A stretch of 64,000 bases of DNA from the human T2T-CHM13v2.0 reference genome, Homo sapiens, in the NCBI RefSeq assembly GCF_009914755.1, contig NC_060935.1; one strand, given 5' to 3'. Below are positions 52,601 to 64,000 of this stretch, one piece after another. The notes under the pieces are model-generated. The model was not told the DNA's origin. It made no database searches and worked only from the letters and a program-made list of their open reading frames with translations. Each line of letters opens with the position of its first letter. The first letter of the stretch is position 1. The position numbers and the translations under genes were made by a program.

Positions 52601-55600
52601 TTAGATGGAGCAGTTTCCAAACCCACTTTCTGTAGAATCTGCAAGTGGATATTTGGACTTCTCTGAGGATTTCGTTGGAAACGGGATAAACTTCCCAGAA
52701 CTACACGGAAGCATTCTGAGAAACTTCTTTGTGATGTTTGCATTCAACTCACAGAGTTGAACCTTGCATTCATAGTTCAGCTTTCAAACACTCATTTTGT
52801 AGAATCTGCAAGTGGATATTTTGACCACTTTGTGGCCTTCCTTCGAAACGGGTATATCTTCACATCAAACCTAGACAGAAGCATTCTCAGAATGTTTCCT
52901 GTGATGACTGCATTCAACTCACAGAGGTGAACAATCCTGTTGATGGAGCAGTTTTGAAACTCTCTTTCTTTGGATTCTGCAAGTTGATATGTGGACCTCT
53001 GTGAAGATTTCGTTGGAAACGGGTTCATCTTCACAGAAAAACTAAACAGAAGCATTCTCAGAAACTGCTTTGTGATGTTTGTGTTCCACTTCAAGAATTG
53101 AACTTTCCTCTTCACAGAGCAGCTCTGAAACCCTCTTTTTCTAGAATCTGCAAGTGGACATTTGGAGGGCTTTGAGGTCTGTGGTGGAAAAGGAATATCT
53201 TCACATAAAAACTAGATGGAAGCATTCTCAGAAACTACTTTGTGATGATTGCATTCGACCCACAGAGTTGAACATTCCTATAGATAGAGCAGGTTGTAAA
53301 CAATCTTTTTGTAGAATCTGCGATTGGAGATTTGGACTGCTTTGAGGCCTACTGTAGTAAAGGAAATAACTTCATCTAAAAACCAAACGGAAGCATTCAC
53401 AGACAATTCTTAGTGATCATTGCATTGAACTAACAGAGCTGAACATTCCTTTAGATGGCGCAGTTTCCAAACACACTTTCTGTAGAATCTGCAAGTGGAT
53501 ATTTGGACCTCTCTGAGGATTTCGTTGGAAACGGGATAAACTTCCCAGAACTACACGGAAGCATTCTGAGAAACTTCTTTGTGATGTTTGCATTCAACTC
53601 ACAGAGTTGAACCTTGCTTTCATAGTTCAGCTTTCAAACACTCTTTTTGTAGAATCTGCAAGTGGATATTTGGACCACTTTGTGGCCTTCCTTCGAAACG
53701 GGTATATCTTCACATCAAACCTAGACAGAAGCATTCTCAGAATGTTTCCTGTGATGACTGCATTCAACTCACAGAGGTGAACAATCCTGCTGATGGAGCA
53801 GTTTTGAAACTCTCTTTCTTTGGATTCTGCAAGTGGATATGTGGACCTCTGTGAAGAATTCGTTGGAAACGGGTTCATCTTCACAGAAAAACTAAACAGA
53901 AGCATTCTCAGAAACTGCTTTGTGATGTTTGTGTTCCACCTCAGGAATTGAACTTTCCTCTTGACAGAGCAGCTCTGAAACCCTCTTATTCTAGAATCTG
54001 CAAGTGGACATTTGGAGGGCTTTGAGGCCTGTGGTGGAAAAGGAAAATCTTCACATAAAAACTAGATGGAAGCATTCTCAGAAACTACTTTGTGATGATT
54101 GCATTCGACTCACAGAGTTGAACATTCCTATAGATAGAGCAGGTTGTAAACAATCTTTTTGTAGAATCTGCGATTGGAGATTTGGACTGCTTTGAGGCCT
54201 ACTGTAGTAAAGGAAATAACTTCATCTAAAAACCAAACGGAAGCATTCACAGACAATTCTTAGTGATCATTGGATTGAACTAACAGAGCTGAACATTCCC
54301 TTAGATGGCGCAGTTTCCAAACACACTTTCTGTAGAATCTTCAAGTGGATATTTGGACTTCTCTGAGGATTTCGTTGGAAACGGGATAAAATTCCCAGAA
54401 CTACACGGAAGCATTGTGAGAAACTTCTTTGTGATGTTTGCATTCAACTCACAGAGTTGAACCTTGCTTTCATTGTTCAGCTTTCAAACACTCTTTTTGT
54501 AGAATCTGCAAGTGGATATTTGGACCACTTTGTGGCCTTCCTTCGAAACGGGTATATCTTCACATCAAACCTAGACAGAAGCATTCTCAGAATGTTTCCT
54601 GTGATGACTGCATTCAACTCGCAGAGGTGAACAATCCTGCTGATGGAGCAGTTTTGAAACTCTCTTTCTTTGGATACTGCAAGTGGATATGTGGACCTCT
54701 GTGAAGATTTCGTTGGAAACGGGTTCATCTTCACAGAAAAACTAAACAGGAGCATTCTCAGAAACTGCTTTGTGATGTTTGTGTTCCACTTCAAGAATTG
54801 AACTTTCCTCTTGACAGAGCAGCTCTGAAACCCTCTTTTTCTAGAATCTGCAAGTGGACATTTGGAGGGCTTTGAGGCCTGTGGTGGAAAAGGAAAATCT
54901 TCACATAAAAACTAGATGGAAGCATTCTCAGAAACTACTTTGTGATGATTGCATTCGACTCACAGAGTTGAACATTCCTATAGATAGAGCAGGTTGTAAA
55001 CAATCTTTTTGTAGAATCTGCGATTGGAGATTTGGACTGCTTTGAGGCCTACTGTAGTAAAGGAAATAACTTCATCTAAAAACCAAACAGAAGCATTCAC
55101 AGACAATTCTTAGTGATCATTGCATTGAACTAACAGAGCTGAACATTCCTTTAGATGGCGCAGTTTCCAAACACACTTTCTGTAGAATCTGCAAGTGGAT
55201 ATTTGGACCTCTCTGAGGATTTCGTTGGAAACGGGATAAACTTCCCAGAACTACACGGAAGCATTCTGAGAAACTTCTTTGTGATGTTTGCATTCAACTC
55301 ACAGAGTTGAACCTTGCTTTCATAGTTCAGCTTTCAAACACTCTTTTTGTAGAATCTGCAAGTGGATATTTGGACCACTTTGTGGCCTTCCTTCGAAACG
55401 GGTATATCTTCACATCAAACCTAGACAGAAGCATTCTCAGAATGTTTCCTGTGATGACTGCATTCAACTCGCAGAGGTGAACAATCCTGCTGATGGAGCA
55501 GTTTTGAAACTCTCTTTCTTTGGATACTGCAAGTGGATATGTGGACCTCTGTGAAGATTTCGTTGGAAACGGGTTCATCTTCACAGAAAAACTAAACAGG

Positions 55601-58600
55601 AGCATTCTCAGAAACTGCTTTGTGATGTTTGTGTTCCACTTCAAGAATTGAACTTTCCTCTTAACAGAGCAGCTCTGAAACCCTCTTTTTCTAGAATCTG
55701 CAAGTGGACATTTGGAGGGCTTTGAGGCCTGTGGTGGAAAAGGAAAATCTTCACATAAAAACTAGATGGAAGCATTCTCAGAAACTACTTTGTGATGATT
55801 GCATTCGACTCACAGAGTTGAACATTCCTATAGATAGAGCAGGTTGTAAACAATCTTTTTGTAGAATCTGCGATTGGAGATTTGGACTGCTTTGAGGCCT
55901 ACTGTAGTAAAGGAAATAACTTCATCTAAAAACCAAACAGAAGCATTCACAGACAATTCTTAGTGATCATTGGATGGAACTAACACAGCTGAACATTCCT
56001 TTAGATGGAGCAGTTTCCAAACCCACTTTCTGTAGAATCTGCAAGTGGATATTTGGACTTCTCTGAGGATTTCGTTGGAAACGGGATAAACTTCCCAGAA
56101 CTACACGGAAGCATTGGGAGAAACTTCTTTGTGATGTTTGCATTCAACTCACAGAGTTGAACCTTGCTTTCATAGTTCAGCTTTCAAACACTCTTTTTGT
56201 AGAATCTGCAAGTGGATATTTGGACCACTTTGTGGCCTTCCTTCGAAACGGGTATATCTTCACATCAAACCTAGACAGAAGCATTCTCAGAATGTTTCCT
56301 GTGATGACTGCACTCAACTCACAGAGGTGAACAATCCTGTTGATGGAGCACTTTTGAAACTCTCTTTCTTTGGATTCTGCAAGTGGATATGTGGACCTCT
56401 GTGAAGATTTCGTTGGAAACGGGTTCATCTTCACAGAAAAACTAAACAGAAGCATTCTCAGAAACTGCTTTGTGATGTTTGTGTTCCACTTCATGAATTG
56501 AACTTTCCTCTTGACAGAGCATCTCTGAAACCCTCTTTCTCTAGAATCTGCAAGTGGACATTTGGAGGGCTTTGAGGCCAGTGGTGGAAAAGGAAAATCT
56601 TCACATAAAAACTAGATGGAAGCATTCTCAGAAACTACTTTGTGATGATTGCATTCGACTCACAGAGTTGAACATTCCTATAGATAGAGCAGGTTGTAAA
56701 CAATCTTTTTGTAGAATCTGCGATTGGAGATTTGGACTGCTTTGAGGCCTACTGTAGTAAAGGAAATAACTTCATCTAAAAACCAAACGGAAGCATTCAC
56801 AGACAATTCTTAGTGATCATTGGATTGAACTAACAGAGCTGAACATTCCTTTAGATGGAGCAGTTTCCAAACACACTTTCTGTAGAATCTGCAAGTGGAT
56901 ATTTGGACTTCTCTGAGGATTTCGTTGGAAACGGGATAAACTTCCCAGAACTACACGGAAGCATGCTGAGAAACTTCTTTGTGATGTTTGCATTCAACTC
57001 ACAGAGTTGAACCTTGCTTTCATAGTTCAGCTTTCAAACACTCATTTTGTAGAATCTGCAAGTGGATATTTGGACCACTTTGTGGCCTTCCTTCGAAACG
57101 GGTATATCTTCACATCAAACCTAGACAGAAGCATTCTCAGAATGTTTCCTGTGATGACTGCATTCAACTCACAGAGGTGAACAATCCTGTTGATGGAGCA
57201 GTTTTGAAACTCTCTTTCTTTGGATTCTGCAAGTGGATATGTGGACCTCTGTGAAGATTTCGTTGGAAACGGGTTCATCTTCACAGAAAAACTAAACAGA
57301 AGCATTCTCAGAAACTGCTTTGTGATGTTTGTGTTCCACTTCAAGAATTGAACTTTCCTCTTGACAGAGCAGTTCTGAAACCCTCTTTTTCTAGAATCTG
57401 CAAGTGGACATTTGGAGGGCTTTGAGGTCTGTGGTGGAAAAGGAAAATCTTCACATAAAAACTAGATGGAAGCATTCTCAGAAACTACTTTGTGATGATT
57501 GCATTCGACCCACAGAGTTGAACATTCCTATAGATAGAGCAGGTTGTAAACAATCTTTTTGTAGAATCTGCGATTGGAGATTTGGACTGCTTTGAGGCCT
57601 ACTGTAGTAAAGGAAATAACTTCATCTAAAAACCAAACGGAAGCATTCACAGACAATTCTTAGTGATCATTGGATTGAACTAACAGAGCTGAACATTCCC
57701 TTAGATGGCGCAGTTTCCAAACACACTTTCTGTAGAATCTGCAAGTGGATATTTGGACCTCTCTGAGGATTTCGTTGGAAACGGGATAAACTTCCCAGAA
57801 CTACACGGAAGCATTGTGAGAAACTTCTTTGTGATGTTTGCATTCAACTCACAGAGTTGAACCTTGCTTTCATAGTTCAGCTTTCAAACACTCTTTTTGT
57901 AGAATCTGCAAGTGGATATTTGGACCACTTTGTGGCCTTCCTTCGAAACGGGTATATCTTCACATCAAACCTAGACAGAAGCATTCTCAGAATGTTTCCT
58001 GTGATGACTGCATTCAACTCACAGAGGTGAACAATCCTGCTGATGGAGCAGTTTTGAAACTCTCTTTCTTTGGATTCTGCAAGTGGATATGTGGACCTCT
58101 GTGAAGAATTCGTTGGAAACGGGTTCATCTTCACAGAAAAACTAAACAGAAGCATTCTCAGAAACTGCTTTGTGATGTTTGTGTTCCACCTCAGGAATTG
58201 AACGTTCCTCTTGACAGAGCAGCTCTGAAACCCTCTTATTCTAGAATCTGCAAGTGGACCTTTGGAGGGCTTTGAGGCCTGTGGTGGAAAAGGAAAATCT
58301 TCACATAAAAACTAGATGGAAGCATTCTCAGAAACTACTTTGTGATGATTGCATTCGACTCACAGAGTTGAACATTCCTATAGATAGAGCAGGTTGTAAA
58401 CAATCTTTTTCTAGAATCTGCGATTGGAGATTTGGACTGCTTTGAGGCCTACTGTAGTAAAGGAAATAACTTCATCTAAAAACCAAACGGAAGCATTCAC
58501 AGACAATTCTTAGTGATCATTGGATTGAACTAACACAGCTGAACATTCCTTTAGATGGAGCAGTTTCCAAACACACTTTCTGTAGAATCTGCAAGTGGAT

Positions 58601-61600
58601 ATTTGGACTTCTCTGAGGATTTCGTTGGAAACGGGATAAACTTCCCAGAACTACACGGAAGCATTGTGAGAAACTTCTTTGTGATGTTTGCATTCAACTC
58701 ACAGAGTTGAACCTTGCTTTCATAGTTCAGCTTTCAAACACTCTTTTTGTAGAATCTGCAAGTGGATATTTGGACCACTTTGTGGCCTTCCTTCGACACG
58801 GGTATATCTTCACATCAAACCTAGACAGAAGCATTCTCAGAATGTTTCCTGTGATGACTGCATTCAACTCACAGAGGTGAACAATCCTGCTGATGGAGCA
58901 GTTTTGAAACTCTCTTTCTTTGGATTCTGCAAGTGGATATGTGGACCTCTGTGAAGATTTCGTTGGAAACGGGTTCATCTTCACAGAAAAACTGAACAGA
59001 AGCATTCTCAGAAACTGCTTTGTGATGTTTGTGTTCCACTTCAGGAATTGAACTTTCTTCTTGACAGAGCAGCTCTGAAACCCTCTTATTCTAGAATCTG
59101 CAAGTGGACATTTGGAGGGCTTTCAGGCCTGTGGTGGAAAAGGAAAATCTTCACATAAAAACTAGATGGAAGCATTCTCAGAAACTACTTTGTGATGATT
59201 GCATTCGACTCACAGAGTTGAACATTCCTATAGATAGAGCAGGTTGTAAACAATCTTTTTCTAGAATCTGCGATTGGAGATTTGGACTGCTTTGAGGCCT
59301 ACTGTAGTAAAGGAAATAACTTCATCTAAAAACCAAACGGAAGCATTCACAGACAATTCTTAGTGATCATTGGATTGAACTAACAGAGCTGAACATTCCT
59401 TTAGATGGCGCAGTTTCCAAACACACTTTCTGTAGAATCTTCAAGTGGATATTTGGACTTCTCTGAGGATTTCGTTGGAAACGGGATAAACTTCCCAGAA
59501 CTACACAGAAGCATTGTGAGAAACTTCTTTGTGATGTTTGCATTCAACTCACAGAGTTGAACCTTGCTTTCATAGTTCAGCTTTCAAACACTCTTTTTGT
59601 AGAATCTGCAAGTGGATATTTGGACCACTTTGTGGCCTTCCTTCGAAACGGGTATATCTTCACATCAAACCTAGACAGAAGCATTCTCAGAATGTTTCCT
59701 GTGATGACTGCATTCAACTCACAGAGGTGAACAATCCTGCTGATGGAGCAGTTTTGAAACTCTCTTTCTTTGGATTCTGCAAGTGGATATGTTGACCTCT
59801 GTGAAGATTTCGTTGGAAACGGGTTCATCTTCACAGAAAAACTAAACAGGAGCATTCTCAGAAACTGCTTTGTGATGTTTGTGTTCCACTTAAAGAATTG
59901 AACTTTCCTCTTGACAGAGCAGCTCTGAAACCCTCTTTTTCTAGAATCTGCAAGTGGACATTTGGAGGGATTTGAGGCCTGTGGTGGAAAAGGAAAATCT
60001 TCACATAAAAACTAGATGGAAGCATTCTCAGAAACTACTTTGTGATGATTGCATTCGACTCACAGAGTTGAACATTCCTATAGATAGAGCAGGTTGTAAA
60101 CAATCTTTTTGTAGAATCTGCGATTGGAGATTTGGACTGCTTTGAGGCCTACTGTAGTAAAGGAAATAACTTCATCTAAAAACCAAACGGAAGCATTCAC
60201 AGACAATTCTTAGTGATCATTGCATTGAACTAACAGAGCTGAACATTCCTTTAGATGGCGCAGTTTCCAAACACACTTTCTGTAGAATCTGCAAGTGGAT
60301 ATTTGGACCTCTCTGAGGATTTCGTTGGAAACGGGATAAACTTCCCAGAACTACACGGAAGCATTCTGAGAAACTTCTTTGTGATGTTTGCATTCAACTC
60401 ACAGAGTTGAACCTTGCTTTCATAGTTCAGCTTTCAAACACTCTTTTTGTAGAATCTGCAAGTGGATATTTGGACCACTTTGTGGCCTTCCTTCGAAACG
60501 GGTATATCTTCACATCAAACCTAGACAGAAGCATTCTCAGAATGTTTCCTGTGATGACTGCATTCAACTCACAGAGGTGAACAATCCTGCTGATGGAGCA
60601 GTTTTGAAACTCTCTTTCTTTGGATTCTGCAAGTGGATATGTGGACCTCTGTGAAGATATCGTTGGAAACGGGTTCATCTTCACAGAAAAACTAAACAGG
60701 AGCATTCTCAGAAACTGCTTTGTGATGTTTGTGTTCCACTTCAAGAATTGAACTTTCCTCTTGACAGAGCAGCTCTGAAACCCTCTTTTTCTAGAATCTG
60801 CAAGTGGACATTTGGAGGGCTTTGAGGCCTGTGGTGGAAAAGGAAAATCTTCACATAAAAACTAGATGGAAGCATTCTCAGAAACTACTTTGTGATGATT
60901 GCATTCGACTCACAGAGTTGAACATTCCTATAGATAGAGCAGGTTGTAAACAATCTTTTTGTAGAATCTGCGATTGGAGATTTGGACTGCTTTGAGGCCT
61001 ACTGTAGTAAAGGAAATAACTTCATCTAAAAACCAAACGGAAGCATTCACAGACAATTCTTAGTGATCATTGCATTGAACTAACAGAGCTGAACATTCCT
61101 TTAGATGGCGCAGTTTCCAAACACACTTTCTGTAGAATCTGCAAGTGGATATTTGGACCTCTCTGAGGATTTCGTTGGAAACGGGATAAACTTCCCAGAA
61201 CTACACAGAAGCATTGTGAGAAACTTCTTTGTGATGTTTGCATTCAACTCACAGAGTTGAACCTTGCTTTCATAGTTCAGCTTTCAAACACTCTTTTTGT
61301 AGAATCTGCAAGTGGATATTTGGACCACTTTGTGGCCTTCCTTCGAAACGGGTATATCTTCACATCAAACCTAGACAGAAGCATTCTCAGAATGTTTCCT
61401 GTGATGATTGCATTCAACTCACAGAGGTGAACAATCCTGCTGATGGAGCAGTTTTGAAACTCTCTTTCTTTGGATTCTGCAAGCGGATATGTGGACCTCT
61501 GTGAAGAATTCGTTGGAAACGGGTTCATCTTCACAGAAAAACTAAACAGCAGCATTCTCAGAAACTGCTTTGTGATGTTTGTGTTCCACCTCAGGAATTG

Positions 61601-64000
61601 AACTTTCCTCTTGACAGAGCAGCTCTGAAACCCTCTTATTCTAGAATCTGCAAGTGGACATTTGGAGGGCTTTGAGGCCTGTGGTGGAAAAGGAAAATCT
61701 TCACATAAAAACTAGATGGAAGCATTCTCAGAAACTACTTTGTGATGATTGCATTCGATTCACAGAGTTGAACATTCCTATAGATAGAGCAGGTTGTAAA
61801 CAATCATTTTGTAGAATCTGCGATTGGAGATTTGGACTGCTTTGAGGCCTACTGTAGTAAAGGAAATAACTTCATCTAAAAACCAAACGGAAGCATTCAC
61901 AGAAAATTCTTAGTGATCATTGGATTGAACTAACAGAGCTGAACATTCCTTTAGATGGCGCAGTTTCCAAACACACTTTCTGTAGAATCTTCAAGTGGAT
62001 ATTTGGACTTCTCTGAGGATTTCGTTGGAAACGGGATAAAATTCCCAGAACTACACGGAAGCATTGTGAGAAACTTCTTTGTGATGTTTGCATTCAACTC
62101 ACAGAGTTGAACCTTGCTTTCATAGTTCAGCTTTCAAACACTCTTTTTGTAGAATCTGCAAGTGGATATTTGGACCACTTTGTGGCCTTCCTTCGAAACG
62201 GGTATATCTTCACATCAAACCTAGACAGAAGCATTCTCAGAATGTTTCCTGTGATGACTGCATTCAACTCACAGAGGTGAACAATCCTGTTGATGGAGCA
62301 CTTTTGAAACTCTCTTTCTTTGGATTCTGCAAGTGGATATGTGGACCTCTGTGAAGATTTCGTTGGAAACGGGTTCATCTTCACAGAAAAACTAAACAGA
62401 AGCATTCTCAGAAACTACTTTGTGATGTTTGTGTTCCACTTCAAGAATTGAACTTTCCTCTTGACAGAGCAGCTCTGAAACCCTCTTTTTCTAGAATCTG
62501 CAAGTGGACATTTGGAGGGCTTTGAGGCCTGTGGTGGAAAAGGAAAATCTTCACATAAAAACTAGATGGAAGCATTCTCAGAAACTACTTTGTGATGATT
62601 GCATTCGACTCACAGAGTTGAACATTCCTATAGATAGAGCAGGTTGTAAACAATCTTTTACTAGAATCTGCGATTGGAGATTTGGACTGCTTTGAGGCCT
62701 ACTGTAGTAAAGGAAATAACTTCATCTAAAAACCAAACGGAAGCATTCACAGACAATTCTTAGTGATCATTGGATTGAACTAACAGAGCTGAACATTCCT
62801 TTAGATGGTGCAGTTTCCAAACACACTTTCTGTAGAATCTGCAAGTGGATATTTGGACTTCTCTGAGGATTTCGTTGGAAACGGGATAAACTTCCCAGAA
62901 CTACACGGAAGCATTGTGAGAAACTTCTTTGTGATGTTTGCATTCAACTCACAGAGTTGAACCTTGCTTTCATAGTTCAGCTTTCAAACACTCTTTTTGT
63001 AGAATCTGCAAGTGGATATTTGGACCACTTTGTGGCCTTCCTTCGAAACGGGTATATCTTCACATCAAACCTAGACAGAAGCATTCTCAGAATGTTTCCT
63101 GTGATGACTGCATTCAACTCACAGAGGTGAACAATCCTGCTGATGGAGCAGTTTTGAAACTCTCTTTCTTTGGATTCTGCATGTGGATATGTTGACCTCT
63201 GTGAAGATTTCGTTGGAAACGGGTTCATCTTCACAGAAAAACTAAACAGGAGCATTCTCAGAAACTGCTTTGTGATGTTTGTGTTCCACTTCAAGAATTG
63301 AACTTTCCTCTTGACAGAGCAGCTCTGAAACCCTCTTTTTCTAGAATCTGCAAGTGGACATTTGGAGGGATTTGAGGCCTGTGGTGGAAAAGGAAAATCT
63401 TCACATAAAAACTAGATGGAAGCATTCTCAGAAACTACTTTGTGATGATTGCATTCGACTCACAGAGTTGAACATTCCTATAGATAGAGCAGGTTGTAAA
63501 CAATCTTTTTGTAGAATCTGCGATTGGAGATTTGGACTGCTTTGAGGCCTACTGTAGTAAAGGAAATAACTTCATCTAAAAACCAAACGGAAGCATTCAC
63601 AGACAATTCTTAGTGATCATTGCATTGAACTAACAGAGCTGAACATTCCTTTAGATGGCGCGGTTTCCAAACACACTTTCTGTAGAATCTGCAAGTGGAT
63701 ATTTGGACCTCTCTGAGGATTTCCTTGGAAATGGTATAAACTTCCCACAACTACACGGAAGCATTGTGAGAAACTTCTTTGTGATGTTTGCATTCAACTC
63801 ACAGAGTTGAACCTTGCTTTCATAGTTCAGCTTTCAAACACTCTTTTTGTAGATTCTGCAAGTGGATATTTGGACCACTTTGTGGCCTTCCTTCGAAACG
63901 GGTATATCTTCACATCAAACCTAGACAGAAGCATTCTCAGAATGTTTCCTGTGATGACTGCATTCAACTCACAGAGGTGAACAATCCTGCTGATGGAGCA

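Larger units (their letters stand above)
1..64000 (+). repeat. Alpha-satellite higher-order repeat array, 5-mer 850 bp unit, most likely human chr11 centromeric D11Z1 (suprachromosomal family 3)
   Basis: Typical alphoid motifs (CATTCTCAGAAACT, TTCAACTCACAGAGTTGAAC, TGTAGAATCTGCAAGTGGATATTTGG) recur about every 170 bp. Near-identical sequence and ORFs recur every 850 bp (207, 1057, 1906 ...). CENP-B boxes and one XbaI site occur per unit. Alpha-satellite identity is essentially certain; the chr11 call rests on the known 0.85 kb XbaI pentamer. Confidence 0.97.

Noticed and set aside
207-63545. Recurring 63-142 aa ORFs on both strands (MHSTHRVEPCF..., MDIWRALRP..., MLLFSFSVK...)
   Set aside because: They are translations of the satellite unit, mostly with non-ATG starts. 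They overlap on opposite strands, are freely broken by stops in some copies, and show no recognisable domain.
1-64000. CRISPR-like appearance of conserved motifs separated by variable sequence
   Set aside because: The intervening sequences are homologous monomer bodies repeating every 850 bp, not unique spacers, and there are no cas genes.
1-64000. Possible L1/Alu insertion, inversion or non-alphoid island
   Set aside because: None seen. The 850 bp register and strand are continuous apart from one 167 bp and two 1 bp deletions.
1-64000. Assignment to DXZ1 or D17Z1 (related SF3 arrays)
   Set aside because: Their main HORs are a 12-mer (about 2.0 kb) and a 16-mer (about 2.7 kb). Here adjacent 850 bp pentamers are already near-identical.
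1-64000. Claim that this window is the kinetochore (CENP-A) site
   Set aside because: This cannot be determined from sequence alone; it needs CENP-A mapping or methylation data.

Overview
The whole 64 kb window is one uninterrupted, single-orientation array of primate centromeric alpha-satellite DNA. About 170 bp monomers are organised as a 5-monomer, 850 bp higher-order repeat (HOR). I count 75 complete units from position 13 (called H1-H75 here) plus a partial H76 starting at 63594. An 850 bp pentamer with one XbaI site per unit and SF3-type monomers fits human chromosome 11 D11Z1 (S3C11H1L); this assignment is from recall and needs an alignment to confirm. There are no genes, RNA genes, transposon insertions, inversions or CRISPR arrays, and every ORF in the track is a repeat artefact. 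I found no new biological system. The real information is in the variant pattern: a nested, orderable series of multi-HOR duplications (11, then 5, then 9 HORs), one 4-mer deletion variant with a 28 bp identical junction, apparent conversion tracts, and several disrupted CENP-B boxes. All variant calls were made by eye and should be confirmed computationally.
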